A stretch of DNA of 64,000 nucleotides. Source: Candidatus Nealsonbacteria bacterium DGGOD1a. Lineage in GTDB: Bacteria; Patescibacteriota; Minisyncoccia; Minisyncoccales; UBA5738. Location of the stretch: assembly GCA_022530585.1 (NCBI GenBank), contig CP092821.1, forward strand, positions 1,025,509 through 1,089,508. The letters run 5' to 3'. Shown in pieces: positions 8,059 to 17,487 of the stretch. A program made the position numbers and the translations under genes. Positions within the stretch are counted from its first letter, which is position 1. Each line of letters begins with the position of its first letter. Under the pieces are notes generated by a model that did no database searches, was not told the origin of the DNA, and saw only the letters and a list, made by a program, of their open reading frames with translations.

Positions 8059-10593
8059 TTATATGCAACTGGCGCTGGCCACTTTGTCCCCTTCGTCGAG
8101 GCGCATTATGCGCACGCCCTGCGTGGCCCGCGACAACTTGGAAATGCCTTCGATCGGCACGCGGATCACTTGGCCCTTTTTGGAAATCACCATCAGCTCT
8201 TCCTCGTCGGTGAGCATAAACGAAGTCACCAGATCGCCGGTCTTGGCCGTGATCTCGGCAACCTTGATGCCCGAACCGCCGCGGTTTTGCATCCGGTATT
8301 CCTTGATGTTGGTGCGCTTGCCGTAACCGTTTTCCATCACGACCAACACCAGCCTTTCAAGCGGCTTGCCGTCGGCGCCGACAGCGGGTTTCGCCGGCAC
8401 CACATCCATTCCCACCACTTCATCGCCGCGCTTCAGAGTTATTGCTTTAATCCCCGCGGCTTGGCGGCCCATCGGCCGCGCCTGGCTTTCCTTGAAACGC
8501 ACCGACTGGCCTTTTTTGGTAACCACGATAATCTCGTCGCCGCCGCCGGTTTTGGAAACTTTGCGCAATAAATCGCCTTTTTTCAAAGTAATCGCGATCA
8601 AACCCGAGCGCCGGATATTGTCGAATTCGTCAAGACTGGTCTTTTTGGCCACGCCGTTTTTGGTAACAATCAGAAGATATTTATCGTTGTTATCCTGCCC
8701 TTCTTTGGCTTTCGCGGCTTTTTCTTTGTCGGTCAACGATTTTCCCAAAGACATCGTGTAAAGCACTTTTTCTTCCGGCCCCAATTCCAAAAAATTAACC
8801 AGCGCCCGGCCCTTGGCCACGCGCGCGCCTTCGGGAATTTCATAAGCAAGCGTCTGGAAAACCCGGCCCGTATCCGTGAAGAATAATATCCGGTCGTGCG
8901 TGTTGGCGATCAGCGACTGCTCAACAATGTCATCGCCCACGGTCTTCAAACCGATGATACCCTTGCCGCCCCGTTTTTGAATCTTGTAAGTCGTGGGGTC
9001 GATGCGTTTGATATAACCCGAATTCGTCAAAGTGATCGCCACTTCTTCGTCGGGAATAAGATCCGCCTCGGAAATCTCGCCGATTTTATGGGCATAGACT
9101 TTGGTGCGGCGGTCATCGCCATAGGTTTCCTTGATTTGAATAAATTCTTTTTTCATCACCGCTTTAATCCTGGCCGGACTGTTCAAAATGCCGGTATAAT
9201 CTTTGATCTTCGCCAGCAATTCTTTCAATTCGTTATCAATCTTCTCCCGTTCAAGCTTGGCCAGCGCCGCCAGTTTGGTTTCCAAAATCGCGTTGGCTTG
9301 GATTTCGTCGATCTTAAAGCGTTTCATCAAATTATTGCGGGCGTCCTCGCGATTTTCCGATTTGCGGATAATGCGGATCACTTCATCGATATCGGCCAAA
9401 CATTTCACCAAACCTTCCAAAATATGCGCCCGTTCTTTGGCTTTGTCCAGTTCAAATTGCGTGCGGCGGGTGATCACCTGCCGGCGATGATTCAAAAAAT
9501 GCGTCAAAACATCGGGCAGATTCAAAACTTCCGGTTGAATACCGTCCACCAAAGCCAGCATATTCAAATGAAATGTCCGCTGCAGCGCGGTAAATTTATA
9601 AAGCCGGTTTAAAACCTTTTGCGGCTGGGCCTCGCGCGTCAAATCAATGGTAATCCGCATACCATCCTTGTCCGATTCATCGCGCACATCTTTCACGCCG
9701 TCGATCTTCTTTTCCGTAACCAGCGCGGCAATTTGTTCCAGCAAACTCGACTTCTGAACCTGATAAGGAATTTCGGTGATGATGATTTGGTAACGGTCGG
9801 TTTTTTCGTTCTGAATGATTTCGGCTTTGCCGCGGCAAACAATCGGCCCCTTGCCTTGCGAATAAGCCGCGATGATTTCGCGACGGTCAAAAATTTCGCC
9901 GCCCAGCGGAAAATCGGGCCCCTTGATGAATTGGAACAAATCTTCCGTGGTCGCTTTGGGTTCGTCAAGCAAATAAGCCAGCGCGTCGCAAACCTCGCCC
10001 AAATTATGCGGCGGGATGTTGGTAGCCATACCCACGGCGATACCCAGCGAACCGTTCAATAAAAGCTGCGGCAAAGGCGACGGCAAAACCGACGGCTCCT
10101 TGCGGGTGCCATCATAATTTTCAACAAAATCAACCGTATTTTTATCAATATCTTCAAGAGTCGCCTCGCCGATGCGCGACAAGCGGGCTTCGGTATAGCG
10201 CATCGCCGCGGCCGAATCGCCGTCAATCGACCCAAAGTTGCCTTGGCCCTGCACCAAGGGATATCTCAAAGTGAAATCCTGCGCCAAACGCACCATCGTG
10301 TCATAAACCGAGCTATCGCCGTGAGGATGATAACGGCCCAAAGCGGAGCCGACCACCGTGGCCGATTTGCGATATTTGGCCGTGTGGCGCAACCCTTCCT
10401 CGAGCATCACATATAAAACGCGGCGTTGAACGGGTTTTAACCCGTCGCGCACATCAGGCAAAGCCCGCGACACAATCACCGACATCGCGTAATCAATGTA
10501 TGAATCCTTCATCATTGAAACTATCTCGGTCGATTTGACTTGCTCAAACTCCAGTTTTCCCTGGTCTTTATCCGATTTTTTCGATTTAGCCAT
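8059..10593 (-). CDS. gyrA: DNA gyrase subunit A
   Basis: 844 aa with [24 protein letters not shown] and AAMRYTE (catalytic Tyr region), plus C-terminal beta-pinwheel repeats. Confidence 0.95.
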   Translation of the reverse strand: MAKSKKSDKDQGKLEFEQVKSTEIVSMMKDSYIDYAMSVIVSRALPDVRDGLKPVQRRVLYVMLEEGLRHTAKYRKSATVVGSALGRYHPHGDSSVYDTMVRLAQDFTLRYPLVQGQGNFGSIDGDSAAAMRYTEARLSRIGEATLEDIDKNTVDFVENYDGTRKEPSVLPSPLPQLLLNGSLGIAVGMATNIPPHNLGEVCDALAYLLDEPKATTEDLFQFIKGPDFPLGGEIFDRREIIAAYSQGKGPIVCRGKAEIIQNEKTDRYQIIITEIPYQVQKSSLLEQIAALVTEKKIDGVKDVRDESDKDGMRITIDLTREAQPQKVLNRLYKFTALQRTFHLNMLALVDGIQPEVLNLPDVLTHFLNHRRQVITRRTQFELDKAKERAHILEGLVKCLADIDEVIRIIRKSENREDARNNLMKRFKIDEIQANAILETKLAALAKLEREKIDNELKELLAKIKDYTGILNSPARIKAVMKKEFIQIKETYGDDRRTKVYAHKIGEISEADLIPDEEVAITLTNSGYIKRIDPTTYKIQKRGGKGIIGLKTVGDDIVEQSLIANTHDRILFFTDTGRVFQTLAYEIPEGARVAKGRALVNFLELGPEEKVLYTMSLGKSLTDKEKAAKAKEGQDNNDKYLLIVTKNGVAKKTSLDEFDNIRRSGLIAITLKKGDLLRKVSKTGGGDEIIVVTKKGQSVRFKESQARPMGRQAAGIKAITLKRGDEVVGMDVVPAKPAVGADGKPLERLVLVVMENGYGKRTNIKEYRMQNRGGSGIKVAEITAKTGDLVTSFMLTDEEELMVISKKGQVIRVPIEGISKLSRATQGVRIMRLDEGDKVASASCI

Positions 10594-10596
10594 AAA

Positions 10597-10706
10597 CGGT
10601 AATCATAAAATCATAAAAACATAAGAGCATAAAAATACAAATTTGGTACTTTATTTTTTTGTGATCTTGTAATTTTATGATCCTATACTTTTATGATTTT
10701 ATGATT
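10597..10706. repeat. Long AT-rich intergenic palindrome
   Basis: AATCATAAAATCATAAAAACATAA ... TTATGATTTTATGATTTT arms fill the gap between gyrA and the next gene. Confidence 0.6.
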
Positions 10707-11381
10707 TTACGGGTTCAGCACGATGATTTTCGCTTCTTCGGCCGCGATTTCTTTTTTCTTGATCGTCAATTTCGGCAACGGCTCAAGTTGTCCCACTCCG
10801 GCGGCTTTCAAAAATTCTTTAAGGTTGCCGGCATCGAGTTTCAATTTCGGAATTTCATAATTCATCGGAATGGCAATGCTGGGTTCGATCTGCGACACAA
10901 TCTTGAGCGCGTCTTTGGCGCCAATCTTTTGGCCGTCGCCCACGGGAAACATCAAAATATCGATGTTGCCGATCTTTTCTATCTGCCCTTGCGTCAATTC
11001 CGCTTCTTTCAGATTCCCCAAATGGCAAAGCTTCATCTCTTCGGTTTCAATGGTATAGATCACGCTGCCTTCTTTGCCCGTCTGCGCGAGCGCTTCCGCG
11101 GTTTTGCCGAAATTGGAATTGATTCCCCGGATATAAATATCTTTTATTTCGTATTCCCCCGGCCCGTCAACGACAAAAGCGCCGGCCGCGGCTTTTTTTA
11201 TGTCGGACGGATCGGCGGTGTAATCATGATTGGTCAGCAAAACCACCTGGGCATCGGTTTTGAAAGATCTCAAACCGGTTTTGGCTTCATTTAAAGGATC
11301 CGCCAAAACCGTGATGTGCTCCCCCTTGCCCTTGGCGATAATCAATTCAAAACAAGATTGCCCGTGCCAAATTATTTGCAT
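10707..11381 (-). CDS. MBL-fold metal-dependent hydrolase (UPF0173-like)
   Basis: 224 aa. The N-terminus MQIIWHGQSCFELI and overall pattern fit the UPF0173 beta-lactamase-fold family, but the His motif is degenerate (TNHDYTAD). Confidence 0.55.
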   Translation of the reverse strand: MQIIWHGQSCFELIIAKGKGEHITVLADPLNEAKTGLRSFKTDAQVVLLTNHDYTADPSDIKKAAAGAFVVDGPGEYEIKDIYIRGINSNFGKTAEALAQTGKEGSVIYTIETEEMKLCHLGNLKEAELTQGQIEKIGNIDILMFPVGDGQKIGAKDALKIVSQIEPSIAIPMNYEIPKLKLDAGNLKEFLKAAGVGQLEPLPKLTIKKKEIAAEEAKIIVLNP

Positions 11382-11522
11382 AAATTTGTTTCCGATTCAA
11401 AAATCACGCTTCTCCCGTTTAGACGGGACAATCTTTGATTTTAGCACATTAAAAAATCTAATTCAAACGCTTTCGCCCGACCCGAAAATTACGCGCGAAA
11501 AACCGCCCGGACGGCAAACCTG

Positions 11523-12098
11523 TTATTTTCCTTTGCGCAAATAATCTTGAATTTCAATATAGACGCTTTCGATCCTTCCGGGGAAATCCGCGATATCGCA
11601 ATCGTTATCAACCGTAAAGTTGGCCATTTCAACGCATTCTTTTATCTGCTGGCTTGACGACAGTTGCGATTCCAGCTCATCGGCTTCAAACTTCTTAAAC
11701 TCCTCGAAACTGATGATCTCCTTTTCGTTCTTGCGATTCCTGTCGATTATCCGCTTGAATCTCGTTTCAACGGGAGCGTCAACCGCCGTCAAAATAAAAT
11801 TGCCGGCTTTCTTGAGTTCCTTGATTTCATTTGGATTTCTGATGCTGGTGACAACATAATTTTTGCTTTCATCCATCCGGTCCAAAGCAAGCTTGGCAAG
11901 GATCCCCGGACCGGAAATTTCACGCATCCGGTTGCCCACATCGTGCAGATTGTGCCGCGCCAACTCCAATCCCTGCCGCGCGGTTTCTTCGCGGATGAAA
12001 TCCGAAAGCGAAATATGAATGAATCCTTTGTTGGAAACGATATATTGCGCAAACGTATCTTTCCCCGAACCATTGTTCCCCGTAACGCCGATAATCAT
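11523..12098 (-). CDS. P-loop nucleoside/nucleotide kinase family protein
   Basis: 191 aa with an N-terminal IGVTGNNGSGKDT Walker A, similar to CoaE/dNMP-kinase-type small kinases. Confidence 0.6.
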   Translation of the reverse strand: MIIGVTGNNGSGKDTFAQYIVSNKGFIHISLSDFIREETARQGLELARHNLHDVGNRMREISGPGILAKLALDRMDESKNYVVTSIRNPNEIKELKKAGNFILTAVDAPVETRFKRIIDRNRKNEKEIISFEEFKKFEADELESQLSSSQQIKECVEMANFTVDNDCDIADFPGRIESVYIEIQDYLRKGK

Positions 12099-12252
12099 AA
12101 TTACTAAATCCGAAGCGCGAAATTCGAATATCGAAACAATATCGAATTTCCAAAATCTGAATGACCAAAACGGAATTCCATTTTAATCATTTTTAATTTC
12201 GATATTTGATATTGTTTCGGATTTCGATATTCGATATTCGGATTTTACAGTT
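12099..12252. repeat. Long intergenic palindrome
   Basis: AAATCCGAA..CGAATATCGAAACAATATCGAA ... TTCGATATTTGATATTGTTTCGGATTTCGATATTCGATATTCGGATTT. Confidence 0.6.
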
Positions 12253-12906
12253 TTATTTAAGTCTTTCTTCAATCTCCTTTAAAATTTTTGCCGCCAGATC
12301 TTTGCCGCCCAAACCGAGCGCCAAACCCACCGCCAAGGAAATCGTCACCACAATACCCACGAATATCGCCAACACCAGCGGCGCGATAATTTTTAATTGG
12401 TATAATATCGCCAAAACCGCCAGAGTCCAAATCGTGCCCGACACGCATTTGGACAAAAAACGGGAATAAACGAATTTATCTTTTCCCAAATTGTCCGCCA
12501 AAGTCCTCTGGGAAAAATCCGCGAAAAACACCGCCACCGCGAAGATAATGAACGCGATAAAGATATTAAAGAAATAAACTACGGCCGCGCTCAAAAGCTG
12601 GCTCAACTGCGCCAGTTGCAAAATGCCGGCGCTCACCATCAGAAAAAACAACAACACCCAAACCTCAACCGCCTTGCCGAACAATTTCGCGATGGTCAAA
12701 TCGCGCCAAACCCGGCCAACCGGCTCATCCCAACCCAGCCGCTTGATAGTCTGGTTTAACTTGGTATTGCCAAAAACCTGCGCCGCCTTGTTGCCGATCT
12801 CGTAGGCGAAATACCAGCCGAACAATCCAATCGCCGCCGCCGACGCCAGATCGAACATTGAATCGGAAAATCTTCCGGCAATGTAATTCAATATATTTTC
12901 GAACAT
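12253..12906 (-). CDS. Polytopic membrane protein (conserved-TM-helix repeat type)
   Basis: 217-aa ORF with about 5 hydrophobic helices. No catalytic motif recognised. Confidence 0.6.
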   Translation of the reverse strand: MFENILNYIAGRFSDSMFDLASAAAIGLFGWYFAYEIGNKAAQVFGNTKLNQTIKRLGWDEPVGRVWRDLTIAKLFGKAVEVWVLLFFLMVSAGILQLAQLSQLLSAAVVYFFNIFIAFIIFAVAVFFADFSQRTLADNLGKDKFVYSRFLSKCVSGTIWTLAVLAILYQLKIIAPLVLAIFVGIVVTISLAVGLALGLGGKDLAAKILKEIEERLK

Positions 12907-13006
12907 GAACTTAATAAGATCATACGATTATAAGATCATTAAATCATAAATCCAAATTTCTTTTTTATGATTTTATGTTTTTATAATCTTGTGATTCTAT
13001 GATTTT

Positions 13007-13609
13007 TTACCATTTTGCTTTATGCAATCCCAAATCATACCCGAATCGATTGAACAATAGATGCAAAAAGAATGTCATTATGAAAACCGCCGGCCACACA
13101 ATCAAATCGCCGGACAAATAACGGCCGATGTAAGGCTCCAGAAAAATAAAACTGCCGATCACATAGTTAGTCTGGTCCCAGGGCATAAACGACGCGCCCG
13201 GCGCCAAATTCAACCGCCGCTTGATAAACGCCGCGGCCAAATCCCCGGTCACCGCTCCGCCGGAAATCAAGAAAGCGAACGCCCAGAGATTTACCGATTT
13301 GTAGTCGAGAATCGAAAGCTCTATGGCCCAGGAAAATTTATACAGCCACCATTGCAACAGCGCTACGCCCGCGCCCACCGCCATGGCTCCGATCAAACCG
13401 CGCCAGGTTTTATGATCCCCGAATATCCGCTTGCCCCGCCAGCTCTTGCCAAAATCAACCGGCTTGGCGAAAAAATCAAATGCCTTCGCGTTCCTAAGCA
13501 AAGGCGGCGTCATATTGGCAAAATATGCCGGCAAAAAGAAATACAAGCACGAAATTAAAAAAATAAAATCAAAATCCATATCCGACCGCTGTTTATTGAT
13601 ACAATACAA
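13007..13609 (-). CDS. CDP-archaeol synthase (CarS/DUF46)-like membrane protein
   Basis: FGDHKTWRG and GDLAAAFIKRRLNLAPGASFMPWDQ resemble the CarS family signature. The alternative ATG at 13579 (MDFDF) may be the true start. Confidence 0.5.
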   Translation of the reverse strand: MYCINKQRSDMDFDFIFLISCLYFFLPAYFANMTPPLLRNAKAFDFFAKPVDFGKSWRGKRIFGDHKTWRGLIGAMAVGAGVALLQWWLYKFSWAIELSILDYKSVNLWAFAFLISGGAVTGDLAAAFIKRRLNLAPGASFMPWDQTNYVIGSFIFLEPYIGRYLSGDLIVWPAVFIMTFFLHLLFNRFGYDLGLHKAKW

Positions 13610-13630
13610 CTATATGCTAAAATTTCAAAT

Positions 13631-14314
13631 ATGATCAAGTGCGACCTGCATATCCACAGCAAATATTCGTTCGACGGCATGGCCGATCCCAAGAAGATCG
13701 TCGATCTGGCCGTTAAGCGCGGGATTCAATGCATTGCCGTCGCCGACCACGGCAACATCAACGGTTCGTTAAAAGCCGCCGAATACGCCAAAAAAAATAA
13801 TCTGCCCATTCTCATTATAATCTCTGAAGAGGTTAAATCCAAATCCGGCGATATCCTCGGGCTTAATATCAAAGAATCGATCCCCGACCACTTATCGGCC
13901 GAAGAATCGATCGCGCGCATCCACGGCCAAGGCGGCCTGGCCATCGTGGCCCACCCTTTCGGGTTGTGGTGCGGCTTTAAAGACAATCTGGAAAATTATC
14001 TTGGCCAAATCGACGGCATTGAAATTTTAAACTCTTCGGTATTCAGCGGCAACGAAACCGCGGCGGCGTTCGCGAAAAAGCACAACCTGCCGTTTACCGC
14101 CGGCTCCGACGCGCATTTTGCCAACCATTTCATCGGTAAAACTTGGCTGGAATTGCCGCTTGATTATTCGCCAACTCTCACCGCGGAAACGGTTATCGCC
14201 GCGATCAAACAAAAAAAAGGCGCGGCTGGCGGCAAAATGGCCTCGTTTATCGAAAAAGCCATCGACCACCCTTTCCGCACCCTGGCGAAACTGAAAAGTT
14301 TAGTAAAAAAATAA
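13631..14314 (+). CDS. PHP-domain phosphoesterase
   Basis: 227 aa with CDLHIHSKYSFDG, VADHG, AHPF and GSDAH metal-binding His motifs. Confidence 0.75.
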   Translation: MIKCDLHIHSKYSFDGMADPKKIVDLAVKRGIQCIAVADHGNINGSLKAAEYAKKNNLPILIIISEEVKSKSGDILGLNIKESIPDHLSAEESIARIHGQGGLAIVAHPFGLWCGFKDNLENYLGQIDGIEILNSSVFSGNETAAAFAKKHNLPFTAGSDAHFANHFIGKTWLELPLDYSPTLTAETVIAAIKQKKGAAGGKMASFIEKAIDHPFRTLAKLKSLVKK

Positions 14315-14315
14315 G

Positions 14316-14434
14316 TAAATTGCTTTGAATTGCGAAACGCTTTGCATTTTGGGGTCGTTCCCCTGTGTAATCACAGGGGTGCGACCCCTTCAATAGTATT
14401 TGGATTTAATAGTTTCGTAATTCAAAGTAAATTA
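14316..14434. repeat. Family-B nested palindromic element
   Basis: Arms CTTTGAATTGCGAAAC / GTTTCGTAATTCAAAG. Inner hairpin GGGGTCG-TTCCCCTGTG-TAATC-ACAGGGG-TGCGACCCC. About 95 percent identical by eye to 37284-37394. Confidence 0.8.
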
Positions 14435-14554
14435 AAAATTTACAAAATTTAACTTTCCAAAAAATTTTCCGTAAGTAACGCTTTATTTTAAGTTCAAATT
14501 TATCAATTTTTTCCAAAAATGAAATTTATGGAATATACTCCATAAATTTAAAAT

Positions 14555-14983
14555 TCAACCGCCGGACACATTTTCAAAATGCGAGAGCTTGAATTTGGGG
14601 CCGAGGAGTTTTTGCACCAACATTGAACGGTCGTCGGGCAAAAGCTCCACGGCAATCACATCGATTTGCCATTTGGAATTAAGCGGAATTCGATTCTTTA
14701 TCAGCCACATTTCCGCGGCTTTGGCGATCTTCCATTTTTTCGTTTCATTAACTTTATCCTGCGCCAAAAATTTGTTGTTGGCTTTGATGGTCTTCACCTC
14801 CACGAACGCGAAAACATCGCGTTTTTTGGCAATAATATCCACTTCGGCGATTTTGGGACCGTGCGACGCGCGCAAGAAATAATTTCTCTCCAAAATTCGG
14901 TATCCCCTGCTTCGCAGATAATCCGCCGCGATTTTTTCACCCCGCGCCCCGGTTATTTTGGTATTTGCCATATTCATTGTCAA
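14555..14983 (-). CDS. yraN: YraN-family (UPF0102) endonuclease
   Basis: GARGEKIAADYLRSRGYRILERN...EVDIIA...FVEVK signature. The start may be the MANTK ATG at 14971. Confidence 0.75.
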   Translation of the reverse strand: MTMNMANTKITGARGEKIAADYLRSRGYRILERNYFLRASHGPKIAEVDIIAKKRDVFAFVEVKTIKANNKFLAQDKVNETKKWKIAKAAEMWLIKNRIPLNSKWQIDVIAVELLPDDRSMLVQKLLGPKFKLSHFENVSGG

Positions 14984-15668
14984 GCCGGACTTTCAAGCGC
15001 CGGGTATTTACCAAGGAAATCGTAAAATATATCGCCACAACCAAAATAATAATGGCGATAAACGCCGCCAAGCCGATGAAATTGTTATAGGCTTCCCACC
15101 ACGGTTTCCCGAAAAAATCCTGTTTCACGGCCGGTAAAACCGACAATGTCCGCAAAAACCGGCCCGGCGATAAATTTTCGGCCTTTCCTATCGCCAAAAC
15201 ATAATTACCGCTGTTGCCCGAATTATAAACCTCAACCCGATAATTTCCGGCGGACGCCGGCACTTCATATTCCGGCCCTTTAACATAATAATCGTTGGCA
15301 AACGGTTCGTATGCCACCAGCCAAACCGCATCGTCGCTGTTTAATGCCGCCAGTAATTTCCCGTCTTTATAAACTTTTGCTGAAAAATCCTGCCGGGCGC
15401 CGTCGGCTTGCGGCGACAACAAATTCAAATACAACAAGAACCGTTTGGCCGAATCGATCGAATAAACCGCCGGCTTGCCTTGCAGCCAGCCATAATAAGT
15501 TTTAGAAATTTCCGGCTCATCGACCGTGATCCCGGAATTACTCCCCGCCATATAAGGCAAATACGCCGAAGCCGGCGCGGCCATGGCAAAAAAACAAACA
15601 AAGATCGCCAACGGCAAAAATCTTTTTCCCATATGATTACAGGATACCAAAATCGCGTTTATTGACAA
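14937..15668 (-). CDS. Exported protein with C-terminal membrane anchor, unknown function
   Basis: 243-aa ORF with a signal-like N-terminus (LPLAIFVCFFAMAAPASA) and a C-terminal TM (LAAFIAIIILVVAIYFTISL). Confidence 0.6.
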   Translation of the reverse strand: MSINAILVSCNHMGKRFLPLAIFVCFFAMAAPASAYLPYMAGSNSGITVDEPEISKTYYGWLQGKPAVYSIDSAKRFLLYLNLLSPQADGARQDFSAKVYKDGKLLAALNSDDAVWLVAYEPFANDYYVKGPEYEVPASAGNYRVEVYNSGNSGNYVLAIGKAENLSPGRFLRTLSVLPAVKQDFFGKPWWEAYNNFIGLAAFIAIIILVVAIYFTISLVNTRRLKVRLDNEYGKYQNNRGAG

Positions 15669-15914
15669 ATGGGTCTGTTGCCGAATTGGCTTCAGAACGA
15701 AATTTTCAGTTTTCGAGCGAAAAGAATGAAGAATGAGGAGGCATATTTAAGCTAAATCCGGCGGCGAATGATGAATTCTTTGCCGCCGAAAAATGGAAAT
15801 TGCGGTTGACAACAGACCCAAACAGCCGTTATTAAAAATATATTCCATTTTATAGCGGCATTTTTTACGCTATAATGATTTTGTATTTGGTTCTATATTC
15901 TAAATTACGCCCCA

Positions 15915-16319
15915 ATGAACGCAACAAAAAAACTGGCCGCCGCGTTATTCTTTCTCATTGTCGCTTCGTCGTTCACGATAACCGGCCTGGCCAAAGAAAG
16001 AAAAATCTCCGCGACCGGCGACGACCGCAAAACCCCCGCGTTTGTTTTGTATTACGGAAACGGCTGTCCCCATTGCGAAATCGTCGAAGAATATCTTGAT
16101 CAAAACGACCCGGAAAATAAACTGGGTGTTGTTCAAAAAGAAATTTGGAACAATCCGGCGAATAAAAACGAAATGGTTGAACTCGCGCGCGCCTGCGGCC
16201 TGGATATGGGCAAATTGGGCGTGCCGATGCTCCAAGACGAAGAAACCGGCAAATGCTATGGCGGCCAGACCGACAAAGGATCGGATGAGATCATAAATTT
16301 CTTGGCACGGAACAAATAA
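15915..16319 (+). CDS. Exported thioredoxin/glutaredoxin-fold CxxC protein
   Basis: 134 aa with a signal peptide followed by YYGNGCPHCE. Confidence 0.65.
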   Translation: MNATKKLAAALFFLIVASSFTITGLAKERKISATGDDRKTPAFVLYYGNGCPHCEIVEEYLDQNDPENKLGVVQKEIWNNPANKNEMVELARACGLDMGKLGVPMLQDEETGKCYGGQTDKGSDEIINFLARNK

Positions 16320-16323
16320 CACG

Positions 16324-16836
16324 ATGTTAAAAAAAACTTCATTATTTCTGGCTTTGTTCGCGGGATTGGCCGCCGCGCCGAAAACGCTGGCGGTTTGTCC
16401 GGCTTGCACCGTGGCCGTGGGCGCGGGCATCGGAATGTCGCGCTGGCTGGGAATCGATGACTCGATCACCGGCTTGTGGCTGGGCGGATTTTTGCTGTCA
16501 ATCAGTTTGTGGACCATCGACTGGCTGGACAGAAAAAAAATCCGTTTCTTGTTCAAGAAATTTTTCGTGATTCTGGCTTACTACGCGTCCGCGATCGTGC
16601 CGCTCCATTACGCCGAAATCATCGCCGATCCAACGGCATTCGCTTGTTCCTGCGCCAGCGATAAATTGATGCTTGGGATTATCGAAGGCACGGCCGTGTT
16701 TTTCTTCGCCGCCAAACTGTACGAATTTCTGAAACAGCGCAACAACGGCCATGCCCATTTCCCCTTTGAAAAAGTGGCTTTCCCGGTTGCGTTTTTGCTT
16801 GTTTTCACCATACTTTTCTATTTACTAACCAAATAA
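16324..16836 (+). CDS. Membrane protein with exported CPAC and CSC motifs
   Basis: 170 aa, 4 nt after the thioredoxin-like gene. AVCPACTV follows the signal-like segment, and ACSCAS lies in a later loop. Confidence 0.55.
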   Translation: MLKKTSLFLALFAGLAAAPKTLAVCPACTVAVGAGIGMSRWLGIDDSITGLWLGGFLLSISLWTIDWLDRKKIRFLFKKFFVILAYYASAIVPLHYAEIIADPTAFACSCASDKLMLGIIEGTAVFFFAAKLYEFLKQRNNGHAHFPFEKVAFPVAFLLVFTILFYLLTK

Positions 16837-16839
16837 ACA

Positions 16840-17382
16840 ATGGAAACAAAAAATGCCGGCCCGATCAAAAATTTGGATGAATTCGTCGCCAAATTCGACG
16901 AAATGAAAAAAAAGGACAAGATGGATTTGTCCAGCGATCAAGACCTGACCGTGGCCATCATGAATTTGATCGGTATTGAAGAACATTTCTTTTTTACCGC
17001 CGAGAAAACCGGCAAAAAAGAATACTATGATTTCCTTTATGAAGTGCGCGAGATGCGCAAAGAGTTGCTAAAGAAAATCGTGGGCGAACCCGAAGGCGAA
17101 ATTTGGTGCATCTCCAAGCACCTGCTGGCCGCCTCCTACCGCCTGATGGAAGTGGGTACCAAACAACTGACGCTTGGCAAGAAAGAAGAAGCTTACCGGC
17201 TTTTTGAAAAATCTTTCAAGTGCTACACCCTCTTCTGGGGTTTGAATATGGGCGTTTTAAAAACCGGCGACATAAAAAAAATCGACGACGAAGCGATCAA
17301 CAAACACGACGATAATCCCCGCGGTTTCATGGGCAAACTCGGCGCCATGGTCAAAAAAGCCATCAACTGTTGCATTGAATAA
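16840..17382 (+). CDS. Hypothetical cytoplasmic protein
   Basis: 180-aa ORF, 3 nt after the previous gene. No motif recognised. Confidence 0.5.
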   Translation: METKNAGPIKNLDEFVAKFDEMKKKDKMDLSSDQDLTVAIMNLIGIEEHFFFTAEKTGKKEYYDFLYEVREMRKELLKKIVGEPEGEIWCISKHLLAASYRLMEVGTKQLTLGKKEEAYRLFEKSFKCYTLFWGLNMGVLKTGDIKKIDDEAINKHDDNPRGFMGKLGAMVKKAINCCIE

Positions 17383-17487
17383 ATTGGGTTCTTGCGTCGG
17401 GGCATTAGTCCCTCGCGGCCGGATTGCCGGCCGATGTTTCAAATGATCGTTCCCGCCTCAAGCAAACCAAAAAATACCGCCATGCGA

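Noticed and set aside
15945-16556. 203-aa minus-strand ORF
   Set aside because: It is antisense to two tightly linked plus-strand genes that have a signal peptide and CxxC features. Its own product has no features.
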